DNA from: Okamejei kenojei | Taxonomy: Eukaryota | Direction of reading: 5' to 3' | DNA: 64,000 nucleotides | Assembly: GCA_035221665.1 (NCBI GenBank) | Contig: CM069136.1 | Location: 56,544,001 to 56,608,000 of the forward strand | In this document: piece after piece, positions 36,291 to 48,708 of the stretch | How the letters are laid out: each line of letters starts with the position of its first letter | Numbering within the stretch: position 1 is the stretch's first letter | Made by a program: the position numbers and the translations under genes | The notes under the pieces: model-generated | What the model saw: the letters and a program-made list of their open reading frames with translations, nothing else | What the model was told of the DNA's origin: nothing | Database searches by the model: none

Positions 36291-37847
36291 CCATGACACC
36301 ATATACTTTGTGCAAGATGATAATGATGTTCATGACCTGCAAAGCAATATTTTAGTTTAAGAAATGCTGGCTGAACTATATCAAGGCTGGCCAGTGAAAC
36401 CGGGGACATTATTGGTGGACCATTGAATGGGATGGATGATATCCTTATTTCACATCTTTTCCTATGTAGATGAAATCATGTGTGATAGTTTTCAGTTTCG
36501 AAATGAGGCTCGTTTGGAAGTAAAATCACAAGTCCGTATCTCCTAAATCTTTTAATATTCTACAATCTCTTGAAAAAGTGTGTTCTCGACATATTCTTCA
36601 GGAGACCAAATTGCTGCTTGTTTATTTCTGATAACATAGAGAACAATCAAAATATTTAAAACATACACTTTGATACCATCTGCAGGCCCCTTTATACCAG
36701 TAATATTGTTTTATCTAGTGGCCTCACTCGAATAACCTGATGCATAGAAACCATGTACTCAATGTACTTCAAGCAGAATTCTTTTCAGAGGTATTATTCT
36801 TGAAGAATAATACTTTGCTGCTGACTCTGCCAAGGCTGGTGAAAGGAATTTTGTTTGAGGAACATGTAGTCTCAGAGATTCAATTGCTGCTTCATTCTGG
36901 TAAATGCATCAAATTGTTCTTCAACAATAATTATATTTGTAGTAACATCTATAAATTCCAACCAGTGTTGATCCAACTGGAGCAAGGGTGCTTTGCTTCC
37001 AATTTATGAACTGCTGCATCAAGATGAGCACCTGGCAGAATGATTTAAGTCTTTACTTTACATGACCATCTGCAGATAGTTGTAAGCATTGATGCATGTT
37101 TCTGGTAATTTACTGTATAATGTTATTGTTGCATCTCATGTACCGGTAAAGCTGCAGCAAGTATGAATTTAATTGTTCCAGTTCATGTCTTGTGCACATG
37201 GCGAATACACACCCTTGACTCTTGAGTTTGCGTTCTTTTAGAACATTAAGTGGAGGATTGAGGATTTCTGACATTGGGAGACTGCATTTAAGGACTTTTT
37301 GCTTGCAGCTGCAAAGACTGATATAAAAGCATTTTGTATCTCACACCATGGAATGCATCAGCACTAGTTCCACAATGTCCAATTGTGGTAAATGTAAACC
37401 CAATGCTGTTGCTAGGATGAATCCTAAGCAGATGAACAAGCTGTCTTAAGTCCATAATTGCAGCTTTTCGATCTGCTGTTAGAAGAATATTCATGTGGGC
37501 AAGCAAGCTCAGTGTTCTTGTACTTGGTCGTTTGAAGCATTCAGCTTGTTTTTCTGTTACCATTGGCAGCTATTCCTATTAGTCTATGACTCTGGATTGC
37601 CTGTGATTGTGAAAAGCAAACATTCTGTAAATGGGAAATAAAAAGAGAAAAAAGTTAGCTAAAGACTGTGACTGAGCTTTTGAGTTTATTGCAGTGTGGA
37701 CGGATTACAATAATAAAATTTAATTGGCTAATGTAATTGTATCTGAGTGATGAAAACAAAATCCTTGTGTGTGATCTGTGCAACTCGATGCAACATATGA
37801 CACTAATTGCATTTGTTGACCTAGTTCCTATAAAGGTCATAATATAC

Positions 37848-37862
37848 CACGCACACGCACGC

Positions 37863-37906
<44 letters not shown>
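37848..37906 (+). repeat. (CA)n microsatellite
   Basis: CACG/CA dinucleotide run. Confidence 0.95.
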
Positions 37907-37908
<2 letters not shown>

Positions 37909-38118
37909 CATATAAAACAGTGGTAGAATGTTCTTAATTAGGTTTTATTGAGAGGAAAGTCGTTAACAGTATAGTGACTAATGCTGTTCTAGGCATTATA
38001 CTCTGAAACAGTTTAGGTGGTCAATTAAGACGGTTTGCATGACGTGTGTGATATTGTGCTCGGACGAAGGGCGTAGTTACCAGTCGGAATTATGCTCAAT
38101 GAAGCATTCACATATTAT

Positions 38119-38335
38119 GTTCAAGAAGGAACTGCAGATGCTGGAAAATCAAAGGTAGACAAAAGTGCTGGAGAAACTCAGCGGGTGCAGCAGCATCTAT
38201 GGATCAAAGGAAATAGGCAACGTTTCAGTCCGAAACCCATCAGTCTGAAGATGGGTTTCGGCCCGAATTGTTGCCTATTTCCTTCGCTCCATAGATGCTG
38301 CCGCATCCGCTGAGTTTCTCCAGCACTTTTGTCTA
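38119..38335. mobile_element. Fold-back pLTR-derived element with two opposed hammerhead-like cores
   Basis: ~85-bp near-perfect arms GTAGACAAAAGTGCTGGAGAAACTCAGCGG/CCGCTGAGTTTCTCCAGCACTTTTGTCTAC; CTGAAGA-TGGGTTTCGGCCC-GAAT at 38245-38268; 14-bp TSD CATTCACATATTAT at 38105-38118 and 38336-38349. Confidence 0.8.
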
Positions 38336-39039
38336 CATTCACATATTATTTCTGCTTCAAATAACTCACAAACTTAACATATTCACCAATCAAGACATGA
38401 TATATGCCACAATGACATGCAGCAAAATTATAAAACAATATCTCAACTCTTTTTACACATTGCAATTAATGCAATTTCTATTAGTTCTTTCCACTTCCAA
38501 ACAAAAATGTGGTTGGATTATTCAGCAAATGATCAACCTGTGTCAATAAATCCGGGACCATGGTAACATATATGCTTAACCATGCACACTACAGATTGAT
38601 GCAAGCATGTTTTCTGTGAAGGACCGAAAATTACCATGACATGGCCATAGCATGGGTCGTTATTGCTATTGACACTTTAACACTCTGGCTTCCCACATAT
38701 TTTTTCCATAACAAAATGTACAGGTTGCAAGGATTTCGAAAGGCATTTTATGATAATAACTGTTTAAACCGACTATACCCATCTGACAGGTTAAACATTA
38801 CACTAACTGACAAGAGATGGCCAAAGGACATAACTGCAGCAAATGTTCTTTTGGTAATATGTTTAAAGGTGTCAAAACAAATAATAACATTGGGAATTAA
38901 AACACATTTGATTGCATTCCATTATCAAACATAATCAATGTTCGCTCTGAAGACCATGAAGCCAATAGGGTCAGGGGGTGTGTGAATCAGTGCGGGGTGG
39001 ATAGATGGCGTGCGGGGGGGGGGGGGGGGGGGTGGTGGT

Positions 39040-39720
39040 TGAGGAGGCAATCGGTGCGGAAGGAATGGATTGAGGCAGGTGAATTAGTACGTGTTGGTTG
39101 GAGTATGTAAAATTGTGAGGGGATCAGTACGGGATGGATGGAGGGGATCAATATAGGATGAATGGGGGTAGATGAGTACGGGATGGATGGGGGGATCAAT
39201 ACAGGATGAATGGAGGGATCAGTACAGGATGAATGGGGGGGTCGCACAGGATGCATGGAAGGATTAGTACAGGATGAATGGGGGGAGGGTCAGGACAGTG
39301 TGGATTGGAGGGTCTGTGCAGGATGAATGGGAGATCACTACAGGATGAATGAGGGGATCAGTACAGGATGAATGGGTGGCTCAGTAAAAGATGAATGGGT
39401 AGTTCACTACAGGATGGATGGGGGGTTTGGTGCAGGATAAATGGAGGGTGGGTCAGTACGGGATGAATGGGTGGCTCAGTGCAGTATGAATGGGGGAGTA
39501 GTGCAGGATGGATGGGAAGGGGGGTCAGTTCAGGATGAATTGGGGGACCAGTGTAGTATGGATGGGGGGGGGGGGGGTGGCAGGAGAATCAATGTGAGAT
39601 GGGTTGGGTGATGAATAGATTGGGGGGGGGGGGGGTAGATGGGGAGTATAGTACAGGGGATGTCAGTGAGGACTGAATAGAGGAGGGAATGGGGATCAGT
39701 ACAGGATGTAGAGGAGGGGT
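39040..39720 (+). repeat. G-rich minisatellite, ~22-bp unit GGGGGATCAGTACAGGATGAAT
   Basis: More than 20 diverged tandem units visible, with poly-G runs. Confidence 0.85.
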
Positions 39721-40110
39721 CCCAGGATAAGAGGGGTGGAGGGGGGCGTACAAGAGAGCGAGAGAGAGAGAGGGCGGGGGGGGGTGGGGTGGAAGGGGCA
39801 GAGGAGGTGGGGAGGAAAGAAGGTCAGCGCTCCTCGGACAGCATCGCCCCACTGCCTTGGCCGTCCCTGTCCAACGCCAAAATGCCGCCACCAAAGGTGG
39901 AGGCGGTTGGGATGTTCTCGCCACCGCCACCCCTCCTCCGCCAGCTGACAGTAAGGTGCGGGGCCGAGCGGTGCAGCTCAAAGATCCTATAGCTATAGGA
40001 TCTTTGATGCAGCTGCTTCAGACGGCGGAAGGAGACCTCCCTATCTCTCGCCCTCTATCTCCTTCCCTCTAACTCTGCCCTCTCCCTCTCTCTACCCCTC
40101 TCTCCGTCCC

Positions 40111-40273
40111 TCCCTCCTCCCGGCCTCAGCATACGAGAGGGGTTGTTTTGAAAGCGCCATTGGCGGATTGGCAAGCAGTGGCCGTTATCAGGACGATAGC
40201 GGCCGCTGCTTGCAAATCTGCCAACGGCGCTTTCAAAACAACCCCTCTCGCACGCCGAGGCCGGGAGGAGGGA
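40111..40273. repeat. GC-rich long inverted repeat (~79-bp arms, 5-nt loop)
   Basis: CGAGAGGGGTTGTTTTGAAAGCGCC / GGCGCTTTCAAAACAACCCCTCTCG and flanking pairing. Confidence 0.85.
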
Positions 40274-40544
40274 AAGAGGGAGAGGGAGGCCTCCTTTCAC
40301 CGGGCGGGGTGTGGGGGGAGGAGGCGTTGGAGCCGCTGTTGCGGCTGCTGATGCTGCTGTTGCCACTGTTCGGGGCCCATCATTCGCTCCGACCCTTCGT
40401 CACCACGCCCCACAATCAAAGATACTAGAGGAATACAGCCGCCGCCGTCGACACGAAACGTCACGTTCCTATACTCCAGAGATGCTGCCTGACCCGCGGA
40501 GTTACTCCAGTTTTTTGTGTCAATCAGAATAAACCAGTATCTGC

Positions 40545-40638
40545 TTGCCAAGCCGGGCAAAATGAGTCGGCGTTTAGGTTGCACGGCGGCACTTTGGGTG
40601 GTCAATGGCACCCGGGCAACCGCTAATTTCGAGCCCTG
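40545..40638 (-). mobile_element. hAT-like transposon end (partner end not found)
   Basis: Reverse complement starts CAGGGCTCGAAATTAGCGGTTGCCCGGG. Confidence 0.45.
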
Positions 40639-40958
40639 TCTTTATAAAATTACTTTTTGTCTCTAATCTTGACATAATATAGACACATTTGAAATTTTAG
40701 CTCTGGATTTTTATTTCACATTGTCAAGTAAATCTTCTTTGTGCAAAGCTTGTATGCAATCATTTATATTTTAAGTAAAGCATGTATTGATCTTGGTAAA
40801 GTAGAAATTAGTAAGTTTTAATAGTGTTTTTGTGAATTGAATAACAATTATGGAGGTGCACGACAGAAATAAGATGCCACATCTCTATCATAATAGTTGT
40901 TAATTGATGCCACTGAAGTAATTTGCTTTAATTTTTCTAAAACATTTTTTTCCAATAG

Positions 40959-41084
<126 letters not shown>

Positions 41085-41975
41085 TGAATGAAGTCCAAAG
41101 GCTGGTTGAGTACAGGTGTTTATGATCAAAGTCGAAGAGCATAGCTTATCCAAGCAAGGAAAAATCCATTACCATTGCATAAATGCAGTGGATTTAGTAT
41201 CAAAAGGACCTTTAGAGATTCTGTTTCAGCATTTTGGTCTGGCCCGTATTCAAATTCATATGGGAGTTGAATTTGGAGAATTAATAACAGATTCATCATT
41301 TAAACCAAAAGTCTCTGGATGTATTGATGGTAAAGGCCTTGAACTAAATTGTGTATTTTAAAAACAATGTTCAGATTTTGTGTATTACTTCAATTCTGTC
41401 GTTTGGTGTCTTCCAAATTTGTGTAGCCACCCAAAATTACTTTTAAGCTCTTTTGTTCACAAGATTTTTCTCAGAAAAAGCATTCACAGTCTGGGCCAAC
41501 TGCCATCTGTGTTGCCCTTCAGACCTTGAAATGCGTTTAGAATGCAGAAGTATTCCAGGCACCACACAAGATCTGATTTAGTTCCTTTCTTGGCAGCGGT
41601 GGTCTATACAAAATTTCACCACTGAAGATGGGTTCAGCTAAAAATATTGTTCATATGAAATAATGCCCTTTGCTACCACAGTAGTTCCAGATAATATAGC
41701 AGCATTTTATGCTGTGACTAAGTGTGCAACAATTGTAAAATTCAGATTTTAGGCTGGATTGTTTAGGTACAACCTGAACTTTGCAGCTCTAATTAGTGCC
41801 AATTCATGTTTGTTTAATATTTTGGCCTAGTACTATATTATTTTAGTATGTAGGTTCTTACAAATGTTAATGCACAAAAGCAATGAATTAGCAATTGAAC
41901 ATAAGTGCAGGTTAGATTTTTATCCTGTTTAAAAAATATATATAAATTGTGCACATTTGTTTCAAATCTTCTTAG

Positions 41976-42104
<129 letters not shown>

Positions 42105-43051
42105 TGAATGTTTTAATATATGGTACAAAACCTGAGAGGGAAAATTCACTAGCAATAAGCCAAATATTCATGTACACACACTTGGATGGAGCAGGTTAAA
42201 TTGAAGATGTGAGGCAAGTATACAACTTGCAGTAATGAGTTTGAGTTTGCAATGATTATGCAGACTATAATTATGCAGTGCTGTGTAATGAATTATGTGT
42301 AATCCCTTGAATTGTCATGTGTTTTTCTTTTTGATTTGTTGCTGTACTATGAATATATGATGAAACAATGTTTTTAATGTGCAGAAATAAATAAGAATTG
42401 GTGACAATTTAGATACTTTCTCAAAATATTTTTTGTTCATTCTGTTTTTCAATAGTAATACGTCTAAGTGAGCCTAATTCTAGGTTTGATAATAACCCAT
42501 CATTTACTTTTCCTATAATGGAAGAGTGAGTGTAAAGTATTTAATGGCCTTTGAAGACATTTTAAGATGGAGCAATATCACTACTGGGAACTCCGTTCAT
42601 TGTTTTGACTATTAACCATGCCTACTAAAATGGATCAAATGTGCATAAAATTAACATTTATTAATAACATTACAGGGAACATTTATTTCTATGAATTTAA
42701 AACATGAAGGAAAGATAAGAGATTTAAAATTGGCATCAAAATTATTTGGCATTATGAAACCTTTGAAATCAGTTAGCCTTATAACAAATAGTATGGTTTG
42801 ATGAAGCTTAATTTATCTGAACCTATTCTCAAAGGGAATCTTATATTGAATTTGAAATCCACACACTTTGAGGTCATTTTATTTCTTGTTCATAAATTAT
42901 AGGAGCAAAGTTAGGCCATTCTTAAATTTGTAAATATATATTAAAAAATAACTTTATTAATTGTTGGTTCTCTAGTTATCTATGCCACAAGTTGTAAATG
43001 CCCAGTTGAATGGAACTAAACTGCATGCATTTGGAAGACAGTAATTTCTGA

Positions 43052-43459
<408 letters not shown>

Positions 43460-43739
43460 TAGATTTCAACACTTTCAAAATTGGTATTGTCTTGGAAATT
43501 CTTAAAATTCAATTTTCTCTCATTCATTTGCGCTATATTTAGAAAAAGACTAAAACAAGATGATCATTCTATGCAGTCAATGATCCTTTTATTTGCAGGT
43601 AACAGGTGATAAAATACATTTTTTTCGGTCATGATGGACTATCAGCAGAATGCTGACTGAATGCCAGAATTTTACCAGAAATGGGGTTGTTTCATTTACT
43701 TACTCAAAGATAAACAATGGAGAATAATTAAATGAAATT

Positions 43740-43932
43740 GGGGCTGCACAATTCTGCCTTACAGCGCTAGGGACCCGGGTTAGATCCAGACTAGGCATGC
43801 TTGTCTAAATGGAGTTTGTACGTTCTCCCCTATGTATAGGATAGTGTTAATGTGTGGAGATCACTGGTCGGTGCGGACTTGGTAGGCCGAAGGACCTGTT
43901 TTCGCAATGTACCTCTAAACCAACGTAAACTA
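43740..43932 (+). mobile_element. HE1-like SINE with internal deletion
   Basis: GCCTTACAGCGC..GGACCCGGGTT, GGAGTTTGTACGTTCTCCCC joined directly to the tail. Confidence 0.65.
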
Positions 43933-44139
43933 ATGCTAGCTATGCTTTGAATTTTTTGTCGAATGATGGGCCCCGAACAATTCTAACACCATGCATATCC
44001 AATAATCATCATTCATCTGAGTGTCCAGATGTTGGTGTCCACATATAGCCATATGTATGTTCAGCACGAGCCTCTGTAGACCTCTCTGGTGAATATTGCG
44101 GTAACATCAGGGCCAATCCAAATTCGCTTCTCATTTAAT

Positions 44140-44450
44140 CACAAAGTGCTGGAGGAACTCAGCAGGTCAGACAGCATCTGCGGAGAGAATGAACAGGGGA
44201 TGTTTCAGATTGGGACTGATATGGACGAGTGGGGCGAAAGCTGGAAAGGAGAGGTGGGGGGCGGGATAGAGCCTGGCAAGTGATGGGTGGATACAGGTAG
44301 GGGAGTTTGATAGGCGGAGGGGTGGATTAGAGATAAAAAGAAGACATGGGAGTCAGATAAAAAGAGGAGAGAAATGTAAAGCTCGACAGGAGGGAATGTG
44401 GGTGGTAAGAAAAACCTGGTGCTATGAGCAAGGTTCCAGCATCAGCCAGT
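44140..44450 (-). repeat. PLE 3' end / pLTR fragment
   Basis: ACAAAGTGCTGGAGGAACTCAGCAGGTCAGACAGCATCTG followed by a purine-rich tract. Confidence 0.55.
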
Positions 44451-44454
44451 TCTT

Positions 44455-45160
44455 CAAGGTTTCAAGGTCAGTTTATTGTCACATGTACCAATTAAGGTAC
44501 AGTAACATTTTAGTTACCATATAGCCATACTAAGTGAATAGCAACAAGACACACAACCATAGAAAAGTTAACAAACATCCACCACATTCCTCACTGTGAT
44601 AGAAGGCAATAAAGTTTCTTCCTCTTTGTTCTCCCGCGGTCGGGGCAGTCAAACTGTCCGCAGTTGGGGTGATCAAACCCTCCGCAGCCGACGATCGAAC
44701 CCCCTATCGGGGTGATCGAAACTCCCGCGTCGGGGCGGTTGAAACTCCGCCGCATGGAGCTTCCGAATCGGCCTCTTCTTACCAGAGACCGCGGGCTCCA
44801 TGATGTTAAAGTCCACGGGGCCCACGGTTGGAACTTTGATCCCCGGCAAAGGGATAGCAAGATCCTCAATGTTAGAGTCCCACAGTCTCCTGCGGCTTGG
44901 AGCACCCATTATGTCTCCAGGAAAGGCCGCCAACTCCAAGATGTTAGGCCGCAGTGGGGATGGAGATACGATACGGAAAAAAATTGCATCTCTATCGAGG
45001 CAAGTGATTGAAAAAAAGTTTCCCTCAGCCCACCACCCCCCACATAAAACAAACCAAGGAACACTAAAACATACTTTTTAACACATACTAAAAATAACAA
45101 AAAGAAGAAAGGACAGACAGACTGTTGGCGAGGCAGTCACTGATGGTAGCGCCACCCGGT
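44455..45160 (-). mobile_element. ~700-bp non-coding retroelement with GC-rich internal repeats and Rex1-like tail
   Basis: Minus strand starts CCGGGTGGCGCTACC, has internal ~22-bp TCGAAAC.CC.. repeats and ends TGTGACAATAAAC(CTTGAAA)n. Confidence 0.55.
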
Positions 45161-45451
45161 TGTGCCTTGCTTCTCATTTAGTCTTGTCTGCATGCAATCT
45201 GCTCTGTGGGAAGCAAATGTGTTGTGATTGGAGACGATAATTTAATTTTTTTTACCCACCCCTTCTAATCTACTGCTTCACAGGTTTTCGCTGAAAAGTA
45301 AAACTTGCAAGCTTCTTTACAACTGATGATATGATGGTTTATGACCTTGTGATCATCTAAAACTCTGCTGCCTGTGTCCTAACAAACGCCAATTTCTCTC
45401 AACATCATTCAGCTTGCCACTTGTGCTGGCATCCAGTTGAAGTGATACCTT

Positions 45452-45548
45452 GAAGGTCAAGAAAGGTCTCGACCTGAAACATCACCCATTCCTTCTCTCC
45501 AAGATGCTGCCTGTCTGCTGAGTTACTCCAGCTTTTTGTGTCTATCTT
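45452..45548 (+). repeat. pLTR-derived arm
   Basis: GGTCTCGACCTGAAACATCACCCATTCCTTCTCTCC...GAGTTACTCCAGCTTTTTGTGTCTATCTT. Confidence 0.6.
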
Positions 45549-46734
45549 AAGAAATTCTCACCCTTGTTTTCCCTCACTCTGTTAATATCTTATCAACTTA
45601 CAATGACTGTTTTGCAGAAGTTTTTTAAAAATTTCCATTTATGCTTTTCTACTTTGCATTCAAATCCAAACATGTTGTATTTTCAAAAATTGTCTTTTTA
45701 ATCCTTACAATTCCACTTGAACTCCCTCAATGCCTAATTAAAATAATGGAGCATAACTGCTAATTGGTTTACCAAAATGTGTTGAATTGTAGGTTTATAC
45801 CTATTTTAAATTATATTTTTGCAAAATCTTTCATTGGAGGTACCATTTTTAATGATGAAATATGATATGGTTTAAAGTGAAATGTACATAGATCCTGCAG
45901 CAGAGCAGAGGGGTTAAAAGAGGAAAGTAGGCGAAAATGGAAAAATAACATCACATTGATCTTTTAATGGATGCAACATCCTGAGGTATACTTCATGCAG
46001 AATTGTGTTCCTTGCTGTTTTAAGTATAAGAGAGTTAACCTGATCCCTTTTATTAACATGGACTATTTTTTAACTAACCATTATTTTAACTCCATTTTCA
46101 GCCACAATAACTTCTCCAAAACAGGTCTGTCCAATCTTTAAATACAAAGTGTGATCTGTTCTGCAGATGACTGCTCAGTCGAACCATGCACTTGAAGATG
46201 TAAATGCTTTACTTGAAGTTACTCTATGTATTTCTATTTCACTTGCTGTTTTTTAACAGTATATCCTAATATTTCCTCAATCACATATTTTTTTCAATGC
46301 ATTCAATTTCTTTTCAAAGAGTATTATAATCTCTGCTTCAGTAGGAATATGCAGCAACACATTTCGTGTTCCAATAAATCAATTTACATAATACCTTCTT
46401 AGTTCCTCATTCCCCTTAAGATAATCTCATATATCCTGATGTCAATTTGCCAAACATGGGCAAAAGCCTCTTGCATTATACAAAATCTAATATATCTTTG
46501 TTAGAATCCCCTTAACCTTTGCTTTGTTTTCCCTCCGGAACAATCTTTATATAACTATCCTTTCATGGGTGTTATAATTCTATTAGATTTACATAGTGCT
46601 ATTTCCTTACAGTATCTTCCACTAAAAATCTGAACAGAAATACAGGTGGTTGACCATAGCTAACCTTCTTCTAAAAAAAGAACTTCTAGATTTTTTCTCA
46701 ATACTGTTTCATTCTTACCTGCACCAAATTGTAT

Positions 46735-47128
46735 CAATGGACAATAGATGCAGAAGTAGGCCATTCAGCCCTTCAAGCCAGCACCAAGATTCAATGTGAT
46801 CATGGGTGATCATCCACAATCGGTACCCCGTTCCTGCCTTCTCTCCATATCCCTTAACTCTATCCCTAAAAGCTCTATTTAACTCTCTCTTGAAAGCATC
46901 CAGAGAACCAGCCTCCATCGCCCTCTGAGGCACAGAATTCCACAGACTCACAACTGTCTGGGTGAAAAGGTTTTTCCTCATCTCCGTTCCAGATGGATTA
47001 CCACCTATTCTTAAACACTGTCTCCTGGTTCTGGACTCCCCAAACATTGGGAACATGTTTCCTGCCTCTAGTGTGTACAAACCATTAATAATCTAATATG
47101 TTTCAATGTGATATCCTCTCATCCTTCA
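46735..47128 (-). mobile_element. CR1 3' fragment
   Basis: EAGNMFPMFGESRTR...TEMRKNLFTQTVVSLWNS...GYGEKAGTGY. Confidence 0.85.
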
Positions 47129-47389
47129 TCTGTTTGCCTGTTCTTTACTTTCTGCATTCTTATCCACAATTTACCACATACTTCCAGTGAACTACTCTTT
47201 TGTGTCTATACTTAAATGATTCAAGTAAAACACCACAGATCATTGTGACAAACCACTCTTTCCAAGGCTTTCCCTTTTTTTGGGTCTTTTTAATGTTCAT
47301 GATTGGCATTAACAGTTTCTGGATGAGATCATGAAGGTTTTTTGTGTGCCTGATACTATATGAATTTCACCAGTTACTAGAATGACATA

Positions 47390-47810
47390 CGCTTCCCTTC
47401 ATTGATTTCATCTACACTTCCCACTGCCTCGGCAAGGCTGCCAGCATAATCATGAATCAGTCTTACCCAGGTCATTCCCTTTTCACCCTTCTCCCATCAG
47501 GCAAGAGGTACAGAAGCTTGAAAACACATGCCTCCAGATTCAGGGATAGTTTCTTCCCAGTTGTTACCAGGCAACTGAATGGTCCTCTCACCAGTTGGAG
47601 TGTGGTCCTGACCTCCCATCTACCTCATTGGAAACCTTTGAATTATCATTAATTGGACTTTATCGGACTTTACCGTGCACCTTAATCCTTCATCTGTGCA
47701 CTATGGAAAGCTTGATTGTAACCATGTATAATCCTTTTGACTGGATAGATAGCAAACCAAAGCTTTTTACTATACCGTAGTACATGTGACATTAATAACC
47801 TAAACAAAGC
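47390..47810 (+). mobile_element. Rex1/Babar-like LINE 3' end
   Basis: SYPGHSLFTLLPSGKRYRSLKTHASRFRDSFFP, then a 3'UTR ending TACATGTGACA. Confidence 0.75.
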
Positions 47811-48027
47811 AATTACAAGAAATGTCAATATTTTCAGTGCACCTATGCCGCAGACGGCCTTTTGCTTAATCTGCATTGCATTCACTGTATTCCAGGAATT
47901 AATCTGTGTCTTTTTGATTTCTATTCGTCATTTGACTTCTGACATTATTTTCACGTACATCAAAATAGAATTGTGTTACATTGCCATATTTTACCACATT
48001 AGAATGAAAAATTAACTGTTTTCACAG

Positions 48028-48082
48028 AGTGACTTGTGGTCATTAGGGATCACGGCTATTGAAATGGCAGAAGGAGCACCTC
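48028..48082 (+). CDS. MAP4K4: MAP4K4 exon 8 equivalent
   Basis: ttcacag|SDLWSLGITAIEMAEGAP+C|gtaagt; 55 nt. Confidence 0.95.
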
Positions 48083-48277
48083 GTAAGTAATACAATGAAA
48101 CGTAACATATATTTAAATGGGCAATTGCTTGATTAAAATGTTGTATTAATGGTGCCAAAACATGAATCCAGCCAGCCTAATGGCAAGACATTTTATCTTC
48201 CTGTCTGAATTCTAAATTTTGAGTTTGGAAAAGTTCTCAAAACAGTCTTTCAGTAATAACTGCAAAAGGAGTTAGGA

Positions 48278-48708
48278 ACATAGAAAAATAGGTACTGTAG
48301 TAGGCCATTCGGCCCTTCGAGCAAGCACTGCCATTCAATATGATCATTGCTAATCATCTAAAATCAGTACCCCGTTCCTACTTTTCCCCATATCCCTTGA
48401 TTCTGTTAGCCTCGAGCTATATCTATCTCTTGGAAACATCCAGTGAATTAGCCTCCATTGCATTCTGTGGCAGAGAATTCCACAGATTCACAACTCTCTG
48501 GAAGAAAAAGTTTTTTCCACATCTCAGTCCTAAATGGCCTAACCCTTACCCTTAAACTGTGACCCCTGGTTTTGGACTCCTCTAACATCGGGAAGATTTT
48601 TCCTGTACCTAGCCTGTCCAATCCCTTAAGAATTTTTTATGTCTCTATAAGAACCCCTCTCATCCTTCTAAATTAAAGTGAATACAAGCCCAATTGATCC
48701 AATCCTTC
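48278..48708 (-). mobile_element. CR1 3' fragment (older relative of subfamily A)
   Basis: AACATAGAAAAATAGGT..AGTAGGCCATTCGGCCCTTCGAGC...CTAGCCTGTCCAA.CCCTTAAGAATTTT. Confidence 0.85.

Noticed and set aside
39040-39720. Repeat array as CRISPR-like
   Set aside because: Contiguous degenerate units with no unique spacers, no cas genes, and vertebrate context.
39589-40611. Overlapping Pro/Ala/Gly-rich ORFs and a possible CpG-island promoter
   Set aside because: The ORFs arise from GC-rich low complexity, and the block is associated with TE ends and repeats.
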